Part shown: one piece after another, positions 41,021 through 50,500 of the stretch
Position numbering within the stretch: the first letter of the stretch is position 1
How the letters are laid out: the number at the start of each line of letters is the position of its first letter
Source: Kiritimatiellia bacterium
Lineage (GTDB): Bacteria; Verrucomicrobiota; Kiritimatiellia; JAAZAB01
Assembly (NCBI GenBank): GCA_050944835.1
Contig: JBMNRV010000004.1
Span: forward strand, 12,695-76,694
Length of the DNA stretch: 64,000 nucleotides
Reading direction: 5' to 3'
Program-made: the position numbers and the translations under genes
The notes under the pieces: model-generated
Database searches by the model: none
Told to the model about the DNA's origin: nothing
What the model saw: the letters and a program-made list of their open reading frames with translations, nothing else

Positions 41021-42538
41021 ATGCAACAGAAACAGATATTGCTTGGGAAAGGCACAAACCAGGTGTCATTATTGGCCCGCTACGCCAACCGGCACGGCCT
41101 GATCGCAGGCGCCACCGGCACGGGCAAAACAGTCTCGCTGATGCTGCTGGCGGAAGGATTTTCGCGGATGGGAGTGCCGGTTTTTATCGCCGACGTCAAG
41201 GGTGATGTCTCCGGGTTGGCGGTAGCCGGGACACCGAGCGAAAAACTCCTGGAGCGAGCACAACAGATTGGTGTTGAAAATTACACCGGCGAAGCAAACC
41301 CGGTTATCTTCTGGGATTTATTTGGTAAAACCGGACATCCAGTACGGGCGACAGTCAGCGAAATCGGCCCCAGCCTGCTGGCGCGCATACTGGAACTCAA
41401 CGACGTTCAGACAGGTATGCTGGAAATCGCGTTTAAGCTCGCAGATGACAATGGCTGGCTCTTGCTTGATTTAGATGATTTGCGCGCGCTGTTGAATTAC
41501 CTTGTTGACCACCGCCGGGAAGTCTCCCGTCAATATGGCTTGATCACTGCGCAATCCATAGCCGCCGTGCAACGCTCATTGCTGGCTCTGCAACGCGAGG
41601 GTGTAGAATCCTTCTTAGGTGAACCAGCGCTGGAACTCGGCGACTTAATGCGCACCGACCTCAGCGGACGCGGCATCATCAGCATCCTGGCCGCCGACCA
41701 GTTAATATTAAAGCCGCGGTTGTATTCCAGTCTGTTGCTGTGGTTACTCTCCGAATTGTTCGAAAATTTGCCGGAAGTCGGCGATCAGGAACAACCGCGC
41801 CTGGTATTCTTTTTCGATGAAGCCCATCTGCTTTTCGACGATGCCCCCGCCAGCCTGCGCCGCCGCGTAGAACAAGTTGTGCGCATTATTCGTTCCAAAG
41901 GCGTCGGCGTGTATTTTTGCTCACAATTCCCAGACGACATTCCCAACGAAATCCTTGGACAACTCGGCAATCGCATCCAGCACGCGCTGCGCGCTTTCAC
42001 ACCCCGTGACCAGAAAGCCGTTAAAACCGCCGCTGAAACTTTCGCCATCAACCCAAATCTGGATGTCGCAGCGGCCATTACGCAGTTGGCCGTGGGCGAA
42101 GCGCTTGTCTCCACGCTGCAGGAAAAAGGAATTCCCCTCCCGGTGGAGCGTGCCTTGATAAGTCCGCCGCGATGCCGCATGGGCGCGATTACCGAAGCCG
42201 AACGTGATGTAGTCCGTTCCCGCAGTCCGGTGGGCGCCAAATATGACCGCCCCGTCAACCGGGAATCAGCCTACGAAATGCTGGAACGACGGGCCATGCC
42301 AAGTGCCGCCCCGGCGCAGGCGCCGGCCCAGACGCCGGCGCCTTCGGCGCCTACTCCGCAACCGGCCAAAACGGAGAGCGGCCGGGGTAAATTCTGGGAA
42401 TTCCTCTGGGGCACTAAACGCCGTCAAGGTATGGTGGAAACACTAGCCAAACAGACAGCCCGAACTGTAGGCGGCCAGATCGGACGCAAGATCGTACGGG
42501 GTGTGCTGGGAGGAATCCAAGGCTCGCGCCGGCGTTAA
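41021..42538 (+). CDS. DUF853 / HerA-like P-loop ATPase (E. coli YjgR-type)
   Basis: GATGTGKT Walker A near the N-terminus, LVFFFDEAHLLF Walker B, ~505 aa like YjgR. The C-terminal Pro/Ala-rich tail is low complexity. Confidence 0.7.
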   Translation: MQQKQILLGKGTNQVSLLARYANRHGLIAGATGTGKTVSLMLLAEGFSRMGVPVFIADVKGDVSGLAVAGTPSEKLLERAQQIGVENYTGEANPVIFWDLFGKTGHPVRATVSEIGPSLLARILELNDVQTGMLEIAFKLADDNGWLLLDLDDLRALLNYLVDHRREVSRQYGLITAQSIAAVQRSLLALQREGVESFLGEPALELGDLMRTDLSGRGIISILAADQLILKPRLYSSLLLWLLSELFENLPEVGDQEQPRLVFFFDEAHLLFDDAPASLRRRVEQVVRIIRSKGVGVYFCSQFPDDIPNEILGQLGNRIQHALRAFTPRDQKAVKTAAETFAINPNLDVAAAITQLAVGEALVSTLQEKGIPLPVERALISPPRCRMGAITEAERDVVRSRSPVGAKYDRPVNRESAYEMLERRAMPSAAPAQAPAQTPAPSAPTPQPAKTESGRGKFWEFLWGTKRRQGMVETLAKQTARTVGGQIGRKIVRGVLGGIQGSRRR

Positions 42539-42629
42539 CCCGATTTGTGATTGCAAAAATAAGCGGCTTCGGGTAGCTTAACCTTGTTGCCGGATGGTCC
42601 GGTATGATTGTTTTAAACCTTAAAAGCGC

Positions 42630-42848
42630 ATGATTAATATGAGCAAACAACCTGAAATACCGCCACAGGAATGGGAACTCGGTGACTGGGAGGCGGCATT
42701 GACAATCAATGTCGGCACAGCTTATGTCTGCCGTGCATGTAGCAATCTGGTGATGGTGACTAAGGGCGGTGTCGGCACACTGGACTTGGTCTGTTGCGGC
42801 GTGCCCATGGAAAAAATTGAAAAAAATCAGCCAGAAGGAACAGCCTGA
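42630..42848 (+). CDS. Desulforedoxin-like small Fe(Cys)4 protein (single domain)
   Basis: YVCRACSNLVMVTKGGVGTLDLVCCGVPM matches the desulforedoxin / Dfx N-domain pattern Y-x-C-x-x-C-G...G-G-x-L-x-C-C-G-x-x-M. Confidence 0.55.
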   Translation: MINMSKQPEIPPQEWELGDWEAALTINVGTAYVCRACSNLVMVTKGGVGTLDLVCCGVPMEKIEKNQPEGTA

Positions 42849-43093
42849 TGTCAACCATCAAACCCAAGGGAGCCACATACATCTGTCCAGTCTGCGGCGC
42901 CGAGATCATTGTGTTGGCGCCGTGCAGCGGCTGTTTCATCCCACGCTGCTGTGACAAACCGATGGAGCTGCGCCCACGGCGCGTCCAATTTTACGTCTGC
43001 CCGGTCTGCAAAGCCGAAATTGCGGCGCTACACCAGACAAAACCCGATAGTTTTCATCCACGCTGCTGCGGGCAGGATATGCGCCCGGCTTGA
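42848..43093 (+). CDS. Tandem (two-domain) desulforedoxin-like protein
   Basis: Two repeats: YICPVCGAEIIVL...PRCCDKPM and YVCPVCKAEIAAL...PRCCGQDM. The start overlaps the upstream stop (TGATG). Confidence 0.55.
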   Translation: MSTIKPKGATYICPVCGAEIIVLAPCSGCFIPRCCDKPMELRPRRVQFYVCPVCKAEIAALHQTKPDSFHPRCCGQDMRPA

Positions 43094-43133
43094 CACCCCG
43101 CCTGTCCTATTAAAGACTGGTGGAGAATAGTCA

Positions 43134-43865
43134 CTATGACTTCTCCTTTCCCAGATCATTAGGCATCGTTTGTGCGGTAATATACGCCTGTTGTGGATGA
43201 TTGGGCGTAGCGGGAAAGGCCAGATTGAGCTGTTTCTCCTTGACCATAGGCGATAGATACTGCGCCTGTAACGGCTTTGGCTTTCGATTCACGAGCGCCG
43301 CCAAAGCGCCAAGTGTCACATACTGTTCGCTGCAAATCTTTCTGATCACCGAACGCATCTGTTCTCGACTAATTCGTTGTTTCTTGCGTGGAAGCTGTGC
43401 AATAGCTTCGATTTCGCGTAGCTTCTCTGGCATGAGATGCTCAAGGCTATCAATCAAAGGTTCACTGTGATAATTTGACACCACTCGTCCCTGTCTGTCG
43501 CGAAGGAGTTCCGCCTCCTTATATGTAGAGCTACCGCCGTTAAGTGGGGAGCTGCCGTCGTTAAGTGGGGAGCTGCCGCCGTTAAGTGGGGAGCTCCCAC
43601 CGTTAAGTGGGGAGCTCGTCACCTTACCGAACACGTCGTCGGGATGAGGTAAATCAAGCCCCTTCAGGTGATACACGGCGCCGCGTCCGCGGCCAGCTAA
43701 CGTCAGCAGTTGTTTATTATGGACCAACTGGTGCAGAATCCGTGACAGGTCGGCGGGATGCTTCCCTGTCAACTGTGCCAGGCGCGCTCCCTCATCGGCC
43801 GCAAGCAGACATACCATCCCCATTACCACGCCGATAATCATCTGAATTTTGAAGATTGCTTTCAT
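43134..43865 (-). CDS. Hypothetical protein with two winged-HTH-like segments flanking an SSPLNGG heptad repeat; possibly a remnant of a larger RecG-C-terminal-HTH / AlbA_2-type regulator
   Basis: N-terminal hydrophobic stretch, then ...LAQLTGKHPADLSRILHQLV...GRGRGAVYHL. The C-terminus ...LGALAALVNRKPKPLQAQYLSPMVKEKQLNLAFPATPNHPQQAYIT resembles the end of AlbA_2/HTH-type 'putative transcriptional regulator' proteins. Confidence 0.45.
   Translation of the reverse strand: MKAIFKIQMIIGVVMGMVCLLAADEGARLAQLTGKHPADLSRILHQLVHNKQLLTLAGRGRGAVYHLKGLDLPHPDDVFGKVTSSPLNGGSSPLNGGSSPLNDGSSPLNGGSSTYKEAELLRDRQGRVVSNYHSEPLIDSLEHLMPEKLREIEAIAQLPRKKQRISREQMRSVIRKICSEQYVTLGALAALVNRKPKPLQAQYLSPMVKEKQLNLAFPATPNHPQQAYITAQTMPNDLGKEKS
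43531..43618. repeat. 4 x 21-bp near-perfect tandem repeat (ccgNcgttaagtggggagctS), in-frame (SSPLNGG x4) inside the CDS at 43134-43865
   Basis: Read directly from the sequence. Confidence 0.9.
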
Positions 43866-43901
43866 TTCAGATTTCCAACCAGGGTGGGAGGGACCACGGA
43901 T

Positions 43902-43991
43902 GGTGCGAGCCGCACTGGCGGTGCGAGCCGCACTGGCGGTGCGAGCCGCACTGGCGGTGCGAGCCGCACTGGCAGTGCGAGCCGCACTGGC
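43902..43991. repeat. 5 x 18-bp perfect tandem repeat (ggtgcgagccgcactggc; last copy agtgcg...) in the 5' leader 37 bp upstream of the start codon of the 43134-43865 gene
   Basis: Read directly. The repeat is in frame with the downstream ATG, contains no start codon, and has an in-frame stop at 44013-44015. Confidence 0.9.
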
Positions 43992-44102
43992 AGTGATGAA
44001 CCCCGGATTGGATTAAACCGCCAAAGCGCCAGCAACTAATTTCTTTCCCCTACCTTGCCGTCTTGGCGGTTTATCTATTCCTCGCTCTTCGGAGAGAACA
44101 AG

Positions 44103-45869
44103 CTACTTGGCGGTTTCAATCGGCTTGACTGCATATATTCCGCGTGCCGACCGGACTTCAATGGCCAACTGGTCATTTGCGCCGGTCCGCGCCAGCCATT
44201 CGAGTTCCACCTTACCAATCCGCGCCGGGAGCGGATCAATCGCCGTCTCCCGCCGCCCCTGTAATATTTCCATCGCTCCCGAAGACTTTAGGCACACATT
44301 AACTTCGGCATGGGGAACGACGCTGGCGCTCATCCGGGTGATATAAGTTGGGAGCTTGCCGGTATTCCTGATCACGGCCTTGACACGGTATATGCCGTCG
44401 GCTATCGGAACGGCGCTCGCCGCGCTGATTTCAATTTCAGGCGCCCAGGTCATGTATTCCAGGCAGAAGGCGACACACTTGGCGCACAATTCGGCTCTTT
44501 CCTCGGGAGGCGGATTGACGTGGCCGATGATATTAAATCCGCCTATTTCAACTTTTCCAAGCTGGGGATGGTCAAACGGTTTCCATTCATGAAACACGCC
44601 GCCATCGGGATGTTGGTCGTGCCAACGGAGCATTGCCAGGCCGAGCGGTTCCGGAAAATCCGGACCAATAACGTCTATGGACGTGTAATCGAACATAGGA
44701 AACGCCTGTCTGGAATTAAAACCCAGGTAATTATAAATCATGCCAAGCTCAAACACTAACGCGAGCTTGCCTTGGCGTTCATAACACCAATTCCAATAGG
44801 AGCCCGTAGTTTCGCCTTGCGGTTTGCCGGTTTTGATTTCCTCGTAACTGCTTAGCAGCGGCAGACCGGTCATGGCCTGCGCCTTTTCTCCGATCAGCGC
44901 GATCAACCGTGCGTCTTCGTCGTATTCGGCGGCCGTTTTAATGGCAGCCGTCGGATAAAAAATGGCCTGATTGCCGCCATGGAAATCCAAAACACCGACA
45001 ATATTTGTATGGCCAATAATAAAATCGGCCATGGCGCGCGTCTCCGGCTCGGACAACGGATATTTGCCCTGCCCCAGGAAATGGGGATAGGGCCGCCAAT
45101 TGGCAGTCGGAAAATCCCGGTTGAAGTCGCAACGCGCTTGAGACTGGTTCCGCGCCGTATCAAGTTCGCCGCCGTCCCAATCGTGGATCATTCCCTCGTC
45201 CACCAGGTAATAATACTCACCGGCGATTTGCGTGAGACGGCGGGTAAGCACAAGGCGGCTGTCATTGGTGGAAAGCACACACAGCCCGTCCGGACTCGGC
45301 CAACGCATGGACAGGATTTTGCCGTCACCGTCAATGTCTTCGGGCGTGATGCTGTTCTTTTGCGGCGCATCCACATACTTGCTGCGACACCATGAATTAT
45401 TGGAGGTGCGCAGAACATATTCCGCCCCATCAACGGCCAACCGCGGAATAATGTAAACCACCCTTTTGCCTAGCAGAGAGCGCAAAGCATCATCCCGGGA
45501 ATAATTGGCGCACAAATGCTCCGCCAGAACCAAGCAAAGCCGGCTACCCGTCATTTCAACGGCGTGCAAGTTGGCTTGGAACACGAAAGCCGGGCGATAC
45601 TCCAATGGAATCCCGTCCGAACGCTCCGCCGCAATTTCAAGGAGCCAGACATTGCGTCCCTCGGGAGTGACGGCCATGGATTGCAAGGAAACAAGATTCG
45701 GATAAGCCGCGGCCAGCGCCTGCACCTTGGCGGTCAATTGCGCATAATTGTCAAATCCGCCATAACTGGACGCGGCGGCCGACTTGATATTTTCAGGTTT
45801 TACCGGTTGCATTCCAGCCGCAAGCGCCGCGGCAACCAAAAACATAATATGCCATGATTTCATATGCAT
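44103..45869 (-). CDS. M14-family zinc carboxypeptidase, secreted
   Basis: YDNYAQLTAKVQALAAAYPNLVSLQSMAVTPEGRNVW (M14 N-region); HAVEM (HxxE zinc ligands); IIPRLAVDGAEY; DFNRDFP; SEPETRAMADFI; DFHGGNQAIFYP. Start moved to MHMKSW because the listed N-terminal extension overlaps the upstream gene in another frame. Confidence 0.7.
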   Translation of the reverse strand: MHMKSWHIMFLVAAALAAGMQPVKPENIKSAAASSYGGFDNYAQLTAKVQALAAAYPNLVSLQSMAVTPEGRNVWLLEIAAERSDGIPLEYRPAFVFQANLHAVEMTGSRLCLVLAEHLCANYSRDDALRSLLGKRVVYIIPRLAVDGAEYVLRTSNNSWCRSKYVDAPQKNSITPEDIDGDGKILSMRWPSPDGLCVLSTNDSRLVLTRRLTQIAGEYYYLVDEGMIHDWDGGELDTARNQSQARCDFNRDFPTANWRPYPHFLGQGKYPLSEPETRAMADFIIGHTNIVGVLDFHGGNQAIFYPTAAIKTAAEYDEDARLIALIGEKAQAMTGLPLLSSYEEIKTGKPQGETTGSYWNWCYERQGKLALVFELGMIYNYLGFNSRQAFPMFDYTSIDVIGPDFPEPLGLAMLRWHDQHPDGGVFHEWKPFDHPQLGKVEIGGFNIIGHVNPPPEERAELCAKCVAFCLEYMTWAPEIEISAASAVPIADGIYRVKAVIRNTGKLPTYITRMSASVVPHAEVNVCLKSSGAMEILQGRRETAIDPLPARIGKVELEWLARTGANDQLAIEVRSARGIYAVKPIETAK

Positions 45870-45885
45870 ATTTTTTGCCTTTTTC

Positions 45886-47484
45886 CTAGTAGACATTGAA
45901 GAACGTGCCTCTCCGGATATATTCGTAAGCGCCCATATCCACAACACCGTAGCGGATGCGCCGGCGGCCGTCCAGATCAAGCTGCCCATCCGCCACCCAC
46001 TGGTTATCGCCTTGATCAATGCAGGGCGAATCGGATTTCAGACGGAAATCGCCGGCCGCGTAATTTGCAAACCCCGCATCGCCAGCAATGTTATTGGCGC
46101 CGATAGTTATAGCATTGGTGTTATACGCACATGAATTATACACCACGCCAGTGTAATAGCCGTAATCCACCACGCTGTAAATATCGTTTCCCGGATGAAC
46201 AGCGTTGCCCCTATTGCTTTGAGCAATGGTGTTATAGATGCCGGAACCGCCGTGACGCACACTTACACCGCCATAGACGCTCCCCAATGATTTATTGCTG
46301 ACTACGGTACAGTTGATGATTTTGCCATAGTTTGCTGTATAGAACAAAACCGCCGCGCCATTAGCATCATAAGCGGTATTGCCCGCCACCAGAGAATTTT
46401 GAAGCGTTCCGCCCACAGTTATATACGCCCCGGCGCCGCGACCGGCATGATTGCCGATGAGATGACTGCCGCTGACAAAACAATTTGCATTTAAATACGC
46501 TCCGCCACCGTGGCCATCTCCGTTCGTCGCATAGTTCCAACTGATATTACAGTTACTGATCACTATATACGGATCCTGGAGATAGCAATAAATCCCACCA
46601 CCGTATGATGCCTCGTTAGACACAATTGTGCAGCGCGCCACTGTGGCGGTGCCCCAGATAAACAGCCCGCCGCCGTAATTGGCTGACCAGTTATTGGCAA
46701 TGACACTGTCCGCTACCGCCACCTCAACCAGCGACGTCCCATTGCGCATGGCCATCCCGCCCCCGCCGTTCCCCGCCGACGTTATATAAGAATAATTATT
46801 GCTGATAAAGCATCTGCGCACGACCCCCTTCATGAACGTATAAATTCCCCCGCCGGAAGCCTTGGCATGATTTTCATAAATCTGACAGTCCACAATCAGC
46901 CCATTATTCAAGCCCACTCCTCCACCTGTCCAGCCCGACTCCATATTCACGCTGTTATAGCTCACCACGCAGTTGCTCAACATGCCGCCGCCGTCGACCT
47001 TAACCCCACCCGCGTCCTGCGTAGACCGATTCCGGGTGATAATGCAGTTTTTTACGGTCCCGCCCTTAGTGGTTATCTGCACTCCGCCGCCGGCCGCACC
47101 GGCGCCGTTGGTGATGGTAAACCCGTCCACCACTGCATCCGCGTGATTGAGGTAAAAACAGCGGTAGGTGTCCCGGCCGTTCACAAAAGTCTCTGTCCGG
47201 CCGTACAAACTGGTGACAATAATGCCGGAACCTACCGTAACCACATCATTCAGATTATACGTGCCGTTGGACACCAACACCACGTCGCCAGGCTCATTCG
47301 CCTTGGCTACTCCCTGGTTGATGCTGGCCACGGCGTTAGCCCAGGAATCACCGGAGTTCCCGTCATTCCCAGCCAACGACACGTAAACGGTTTTCGCCCA
47401 TACTCCGCAAGTGGCCACCAAAAGACAGCCCAGCCAAACACATCCGCGCAACAACCGACTCCAATCCAATAATGCGACCTTCAT
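45886..47484 (-). CDS. Secreted right-handed parallel beta-helix repeat protein with C-terminal DMGAYE tail; carries the conserved MKVALLD... N-terminal leader
   Basis: Gly-rich helix rungs (GGGVQITT, GGGIYCY, GHGGGAYL). C-terminus VVDMGAYEYIRRGTFFNVY. Paralog of the 28-1665 protein. Confidence 0.7.
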   Translation of the reverse strand: MKVALLDWSRLLRGCVWLGCLLVATCGVWAKTVYVSLAGNDGNSGDSWANAVASINQGVAKANEPGDVVLVSNGTYNLNDVVTVGSGIIVTSLYGRTETFVNGRDTYRCFYLNHADAVVDGFTITNGAGAAGGGVQITTKGGTVKNCIITRNRSTQDAGGVKVDGGGMLSNCVVSYNSVNMESGWTGGGVGLNNGLIVDCQIYENHAKASGGGIYTFMKGVVRRCFISNNYSYITSAGNGGGGMAMRNGTSLVEVAVADSVIANNWSANYGGGLFIWGTATVARCTIVSNEASYGGGIYCYLQDPYIVISNCNISWNYATNGDGHGGGAYLNANCFVSGSHLIGNHAGRGAGAYITVGGTLQNSLVAGNTAYDANGAAVLFYTANYGKIINCTVVSNKSLGSVYGGVSVRHGGSGIYNTIAQSNRGNAVHPGNDIYSVVDYGYYTGVVYNSCAYNTNAITIGANNIAGDAGFANYAAGDFRLKSDSPCIDQGDNQWVADGQLDLDGRRRIRYGVVDMGAYEYIRRGTFFNVY

Positions 47485-47575
47485 ACTACCCCTCCTGTTA
47501 TGTATTAATGTTACCTGTCCGTGTTCTCTCCCGTCCGTGTCCGTCTTTTTTATGTTACCCTCCTGTTATGTATTA
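47375..47575 (-). repeat. Conserved leader cassette copy 1: 5'UTR (duplicated cattaatacataacaggagg segment) plus first ~35 codons MKVALLDWSRLLRGCVWLGCLLVATCGVWAKTVYVSL
   Basis: Aligns with 53350-53480 and 57790-57915 (minus-strand reading ...ttaatRcataacaggWgg...ATGAAGGTCGCATTRTTGGAT...). Confidence 0.8.
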
Positions 47576-47593
47576 ATGTTTCACCGACAACAC

Positions 47594-50500
47594 TCATAAA
47601 GACCGGCGCCATGAACGATGCAGGGTGATTTTGTCGCCCGGCCCCACCACCATGAGCCGGATCATCCGGCGGCCATCGCCGTCCCGGTCGGGAAAATGCT
47701 CTGGATTGACAGGGCCAACCGCCTCTTCCAGTTCTATTTCCCTTTCACCGACCGACACCACCCGCCCCACCGGCTCGTGCGCCTCGTTGACAACCGTCAT
47801 GCCCGGTTCCACATAAAACAAAGCGTCTGGATACACCCGCAGTCGGCGCCCCTTAATCCTATCAACGTACAACACATTTTCATAAAGTTCGTTATCGCCG
47901 ACATTGAACCGATCCGCGGCCAGTATCTTTTCAACCGGTATCGCGCTCCCATAAATCCCATTCGTAAGTCCTCGCGTCACAATGGCCGTGCCACCCGCCG
48001 GCTGAAGCCCTTGCAGTATCGGGCCGGAAAGCGTTATTTCCCCTTTCTCATAGTCAACGCTTTTTACCACCGCCGTAAGGTCCGCCAGTTCATCCTGCGG
48101 CGGCGGCAGCAGCGACTCAAGGCCGGCGCTCCTATTGTTATCCAACAGATATATCCACCGTAACTCGCCGTCGGCGCCCTGCTCCAGCGCCGCCGTGCGG
48201 GCAGCGATTTTTACATCCCCGCCGTCCAACTCCAAAATGGAAGCGGACTCCCCATCCGGAGTCTCCAGTCTTGAAAAGACCACGTGCTTCCGGCCACCCA
48301 TGGATATTTCCAGCGCCACCGGCAGATCCTGCCCCGCCAGCGGCAGAACACGCACCGAATCAATGAACGGCGTTTTGCGGTACGGCTCATACACCGCGAC
48401 ATAGACGCTCTCCAGATCATCCCCCGACCGGCGGCGAACCAGAAACTTGACCGGCTCGGAAAATCCGCCCTGCCGTGGAACGCCGTCGCAGGCAAACACG
48501 GTCTCACCCTGTCCGTCCTGGTGGGCGGCAAGAATATGCGCCCGGAGCGCCACATCGTCTGACGCGTCTAAATGCCAGCTCGCGCCGGCGGCGCTGTTAC
48601 CGCTAAGCCTGGCCTCCTGCGCGTTGAACAGCCATTGGAAACCGCTGCCGCGGTAATCCCAATACGGCACATTTCCCTTGTTATAGCGTTTCGCCACATT
48701 TTCCGGCGTGAAACGTGCGTCATCATAAAAACATCCATAGGGAACATTCGTCCCGGCAAGAGTTCCATTAGTGACCGGGGCGCCAAAATCAAGGCTGCTC
48801 TTAAATTCCGCTTTGGGTGGACCGTGCACCAGCCAGTCATGCTGTTTTCCACCGCGGACCCGGAAGATATCCACGATATAAGCATTCGTGGGCGACACAT
48901 CCACGAGCATCAGCGTCCGGCGATAGAGTTTTACGTCATCATAACAATCTTCGGACGAGACCTCCACCAACTGAGCAAAAGCTCCGGGATCATAAACATG
49001 CAAACGCCCCTTGTTAATCTGTCTGGTGGCATTTTCACTTGAACATGTTTTCTTGGTCATCTGCTTGGCGGCGTTGATCATGACGGTATTATGGGCCAAC
49101 GTGTTATAAATATAGGTTTCGTAGAATCCTTTGCTGCCGGTCACATAACCGAAATCCGGAATCAGCGCATGCCCTTGGGAGTATATATCCAACTGCAGGC
49201 GATCCCAGTGGGAATGAAACGGATAGTAACCATAAAGAATTGCCAGGGCCGTCCGATTGGTTCCCGTGCCGGTCTGCAGGCTGGCCCAACCCAGTCCGGG
49301 TAAAAGCTCGCTGGTTACACCCAATACATCTGGATATTTTCCGGCTGACGCCGCCAACTCCTCGTCAGTGGCCCACTCGCAAAAGAGGTCTGGAGCGCGC
49401 GGCTTGCCGGTAAAGAGGTCTGTTTTATTATTGCCGGACTTGTCACGCCGCATTTGAAGCAGCGCCTTGGCAACAAGCACATCATGCGTCAGGTTGTAAG
49501 CAACCTCAAACACATCACGCTCCCTTACGCTCCCGGCGGCATGTGAGGGAGTGTCGCCAAAGGCCGGCAGGAATTCCCCGGCGCAAATCATCCGCATGGG
49601 CCAGGTGAACATCTTACGGAAACGATCCCGCCGGACAATTTCCTCCATTCGCGTGCGCTCCTTCACGGGCAGACATGGCAATTCATAAGCTATCTTAGCG
49701 AATGAATCAAGCATCAAGGTGTTATAATGCGGGGCAGACCAGGGAAAACCATCGCCATGGATCAGATTGTTGAATTGTTCCTCCAATCCCAGACAACTGA
49801 TATACCATGAGCCCTTTGGCTTCGGATCGGGATTGGATATCGCGCTTTGTATCAATTTGCTATCCCGCAGCGTGACACCCAGCCGCAGGAGCGCCAATTG
49901 CTGCACACCGCAGGAGGAAACCACACGATTATTACCGGCCATAATGTCATCGGCCATAACGCGCAGAAAGCGGCTCTCGATCCGGTCGCAAATTTCCGCG
50001 CCAGTCAGACCGGTCAGCTTTAGAAGCGCCGCGTCATTTTCGATGGCCGGCCGCACAGCATCATAAGCCGGCGGAGCGATGCAGGCCGGGCCCAGACACT
50101 CCCAACCGCGGTTCAGCATGCGCCCCCGGTAGTCAGGGCGCGACTCTCCTTCGCGCGACTGTTTTTCATAAAAATACCGCGGGTAATATTCAGCCACCTG
50201 CCAGAGCAACAAGGCGCAGGCATGGGCGTAACGCGCATCATCAGTGAACAGGTAAGCCCGGCTCAAATCATCCAGCGCCGGCAGAAAATGGCGCATAATC
50301 AGTTGGTGCGCATAATACGCCACAAACCACACTTTGCGGTCTTCCCCGGGAACATGCCAACCCCAGCCGTCGTCCGGGAATTCCCCGGTAAGCAGACTGC
50401 GATCCTTGCAACCACTCCTCAAAAATGCCTCAAAATCGTTTGAGGGATACTCCCTGCCATTTGGCGCAGTGAGTTTCCACGGCTTGTCAAAGGACACTTG

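Noticed and set aside
43531-43991. Possibility that the tandem arrays are a CRISPR array
   Set aside because: The units are contiguous with no unique spacers (21 bp and 18 bp direct tandem copies), so this is not CRISPR architecture.
43758-44039. 93-aa plus-strand ORF translating the 18-bp repeats as (GASRTG)n
   Set aside because: It is antisense to the start and leader of the 43134-43865 gene, with no RBS. A repeat-driven open frame is not evidence of coding, though it cannot be fully excluded.
45870-46019. N-terminal extension of the M14 ORF (MIKAITSGWRMGSLIW...) and its look-alike at 53185-53370
   Set aside because: Both are out-of-frame readings of the 3' end of the beta-helix gene and of its remnant. 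The true M14 start is MHMKSW at 45869, and the similarity simply reflects the DNA repeat.
46867-47472. 201-aa plus-strand ORF
   Set aside because: It is antisense to the well-supported beta-helix gene.
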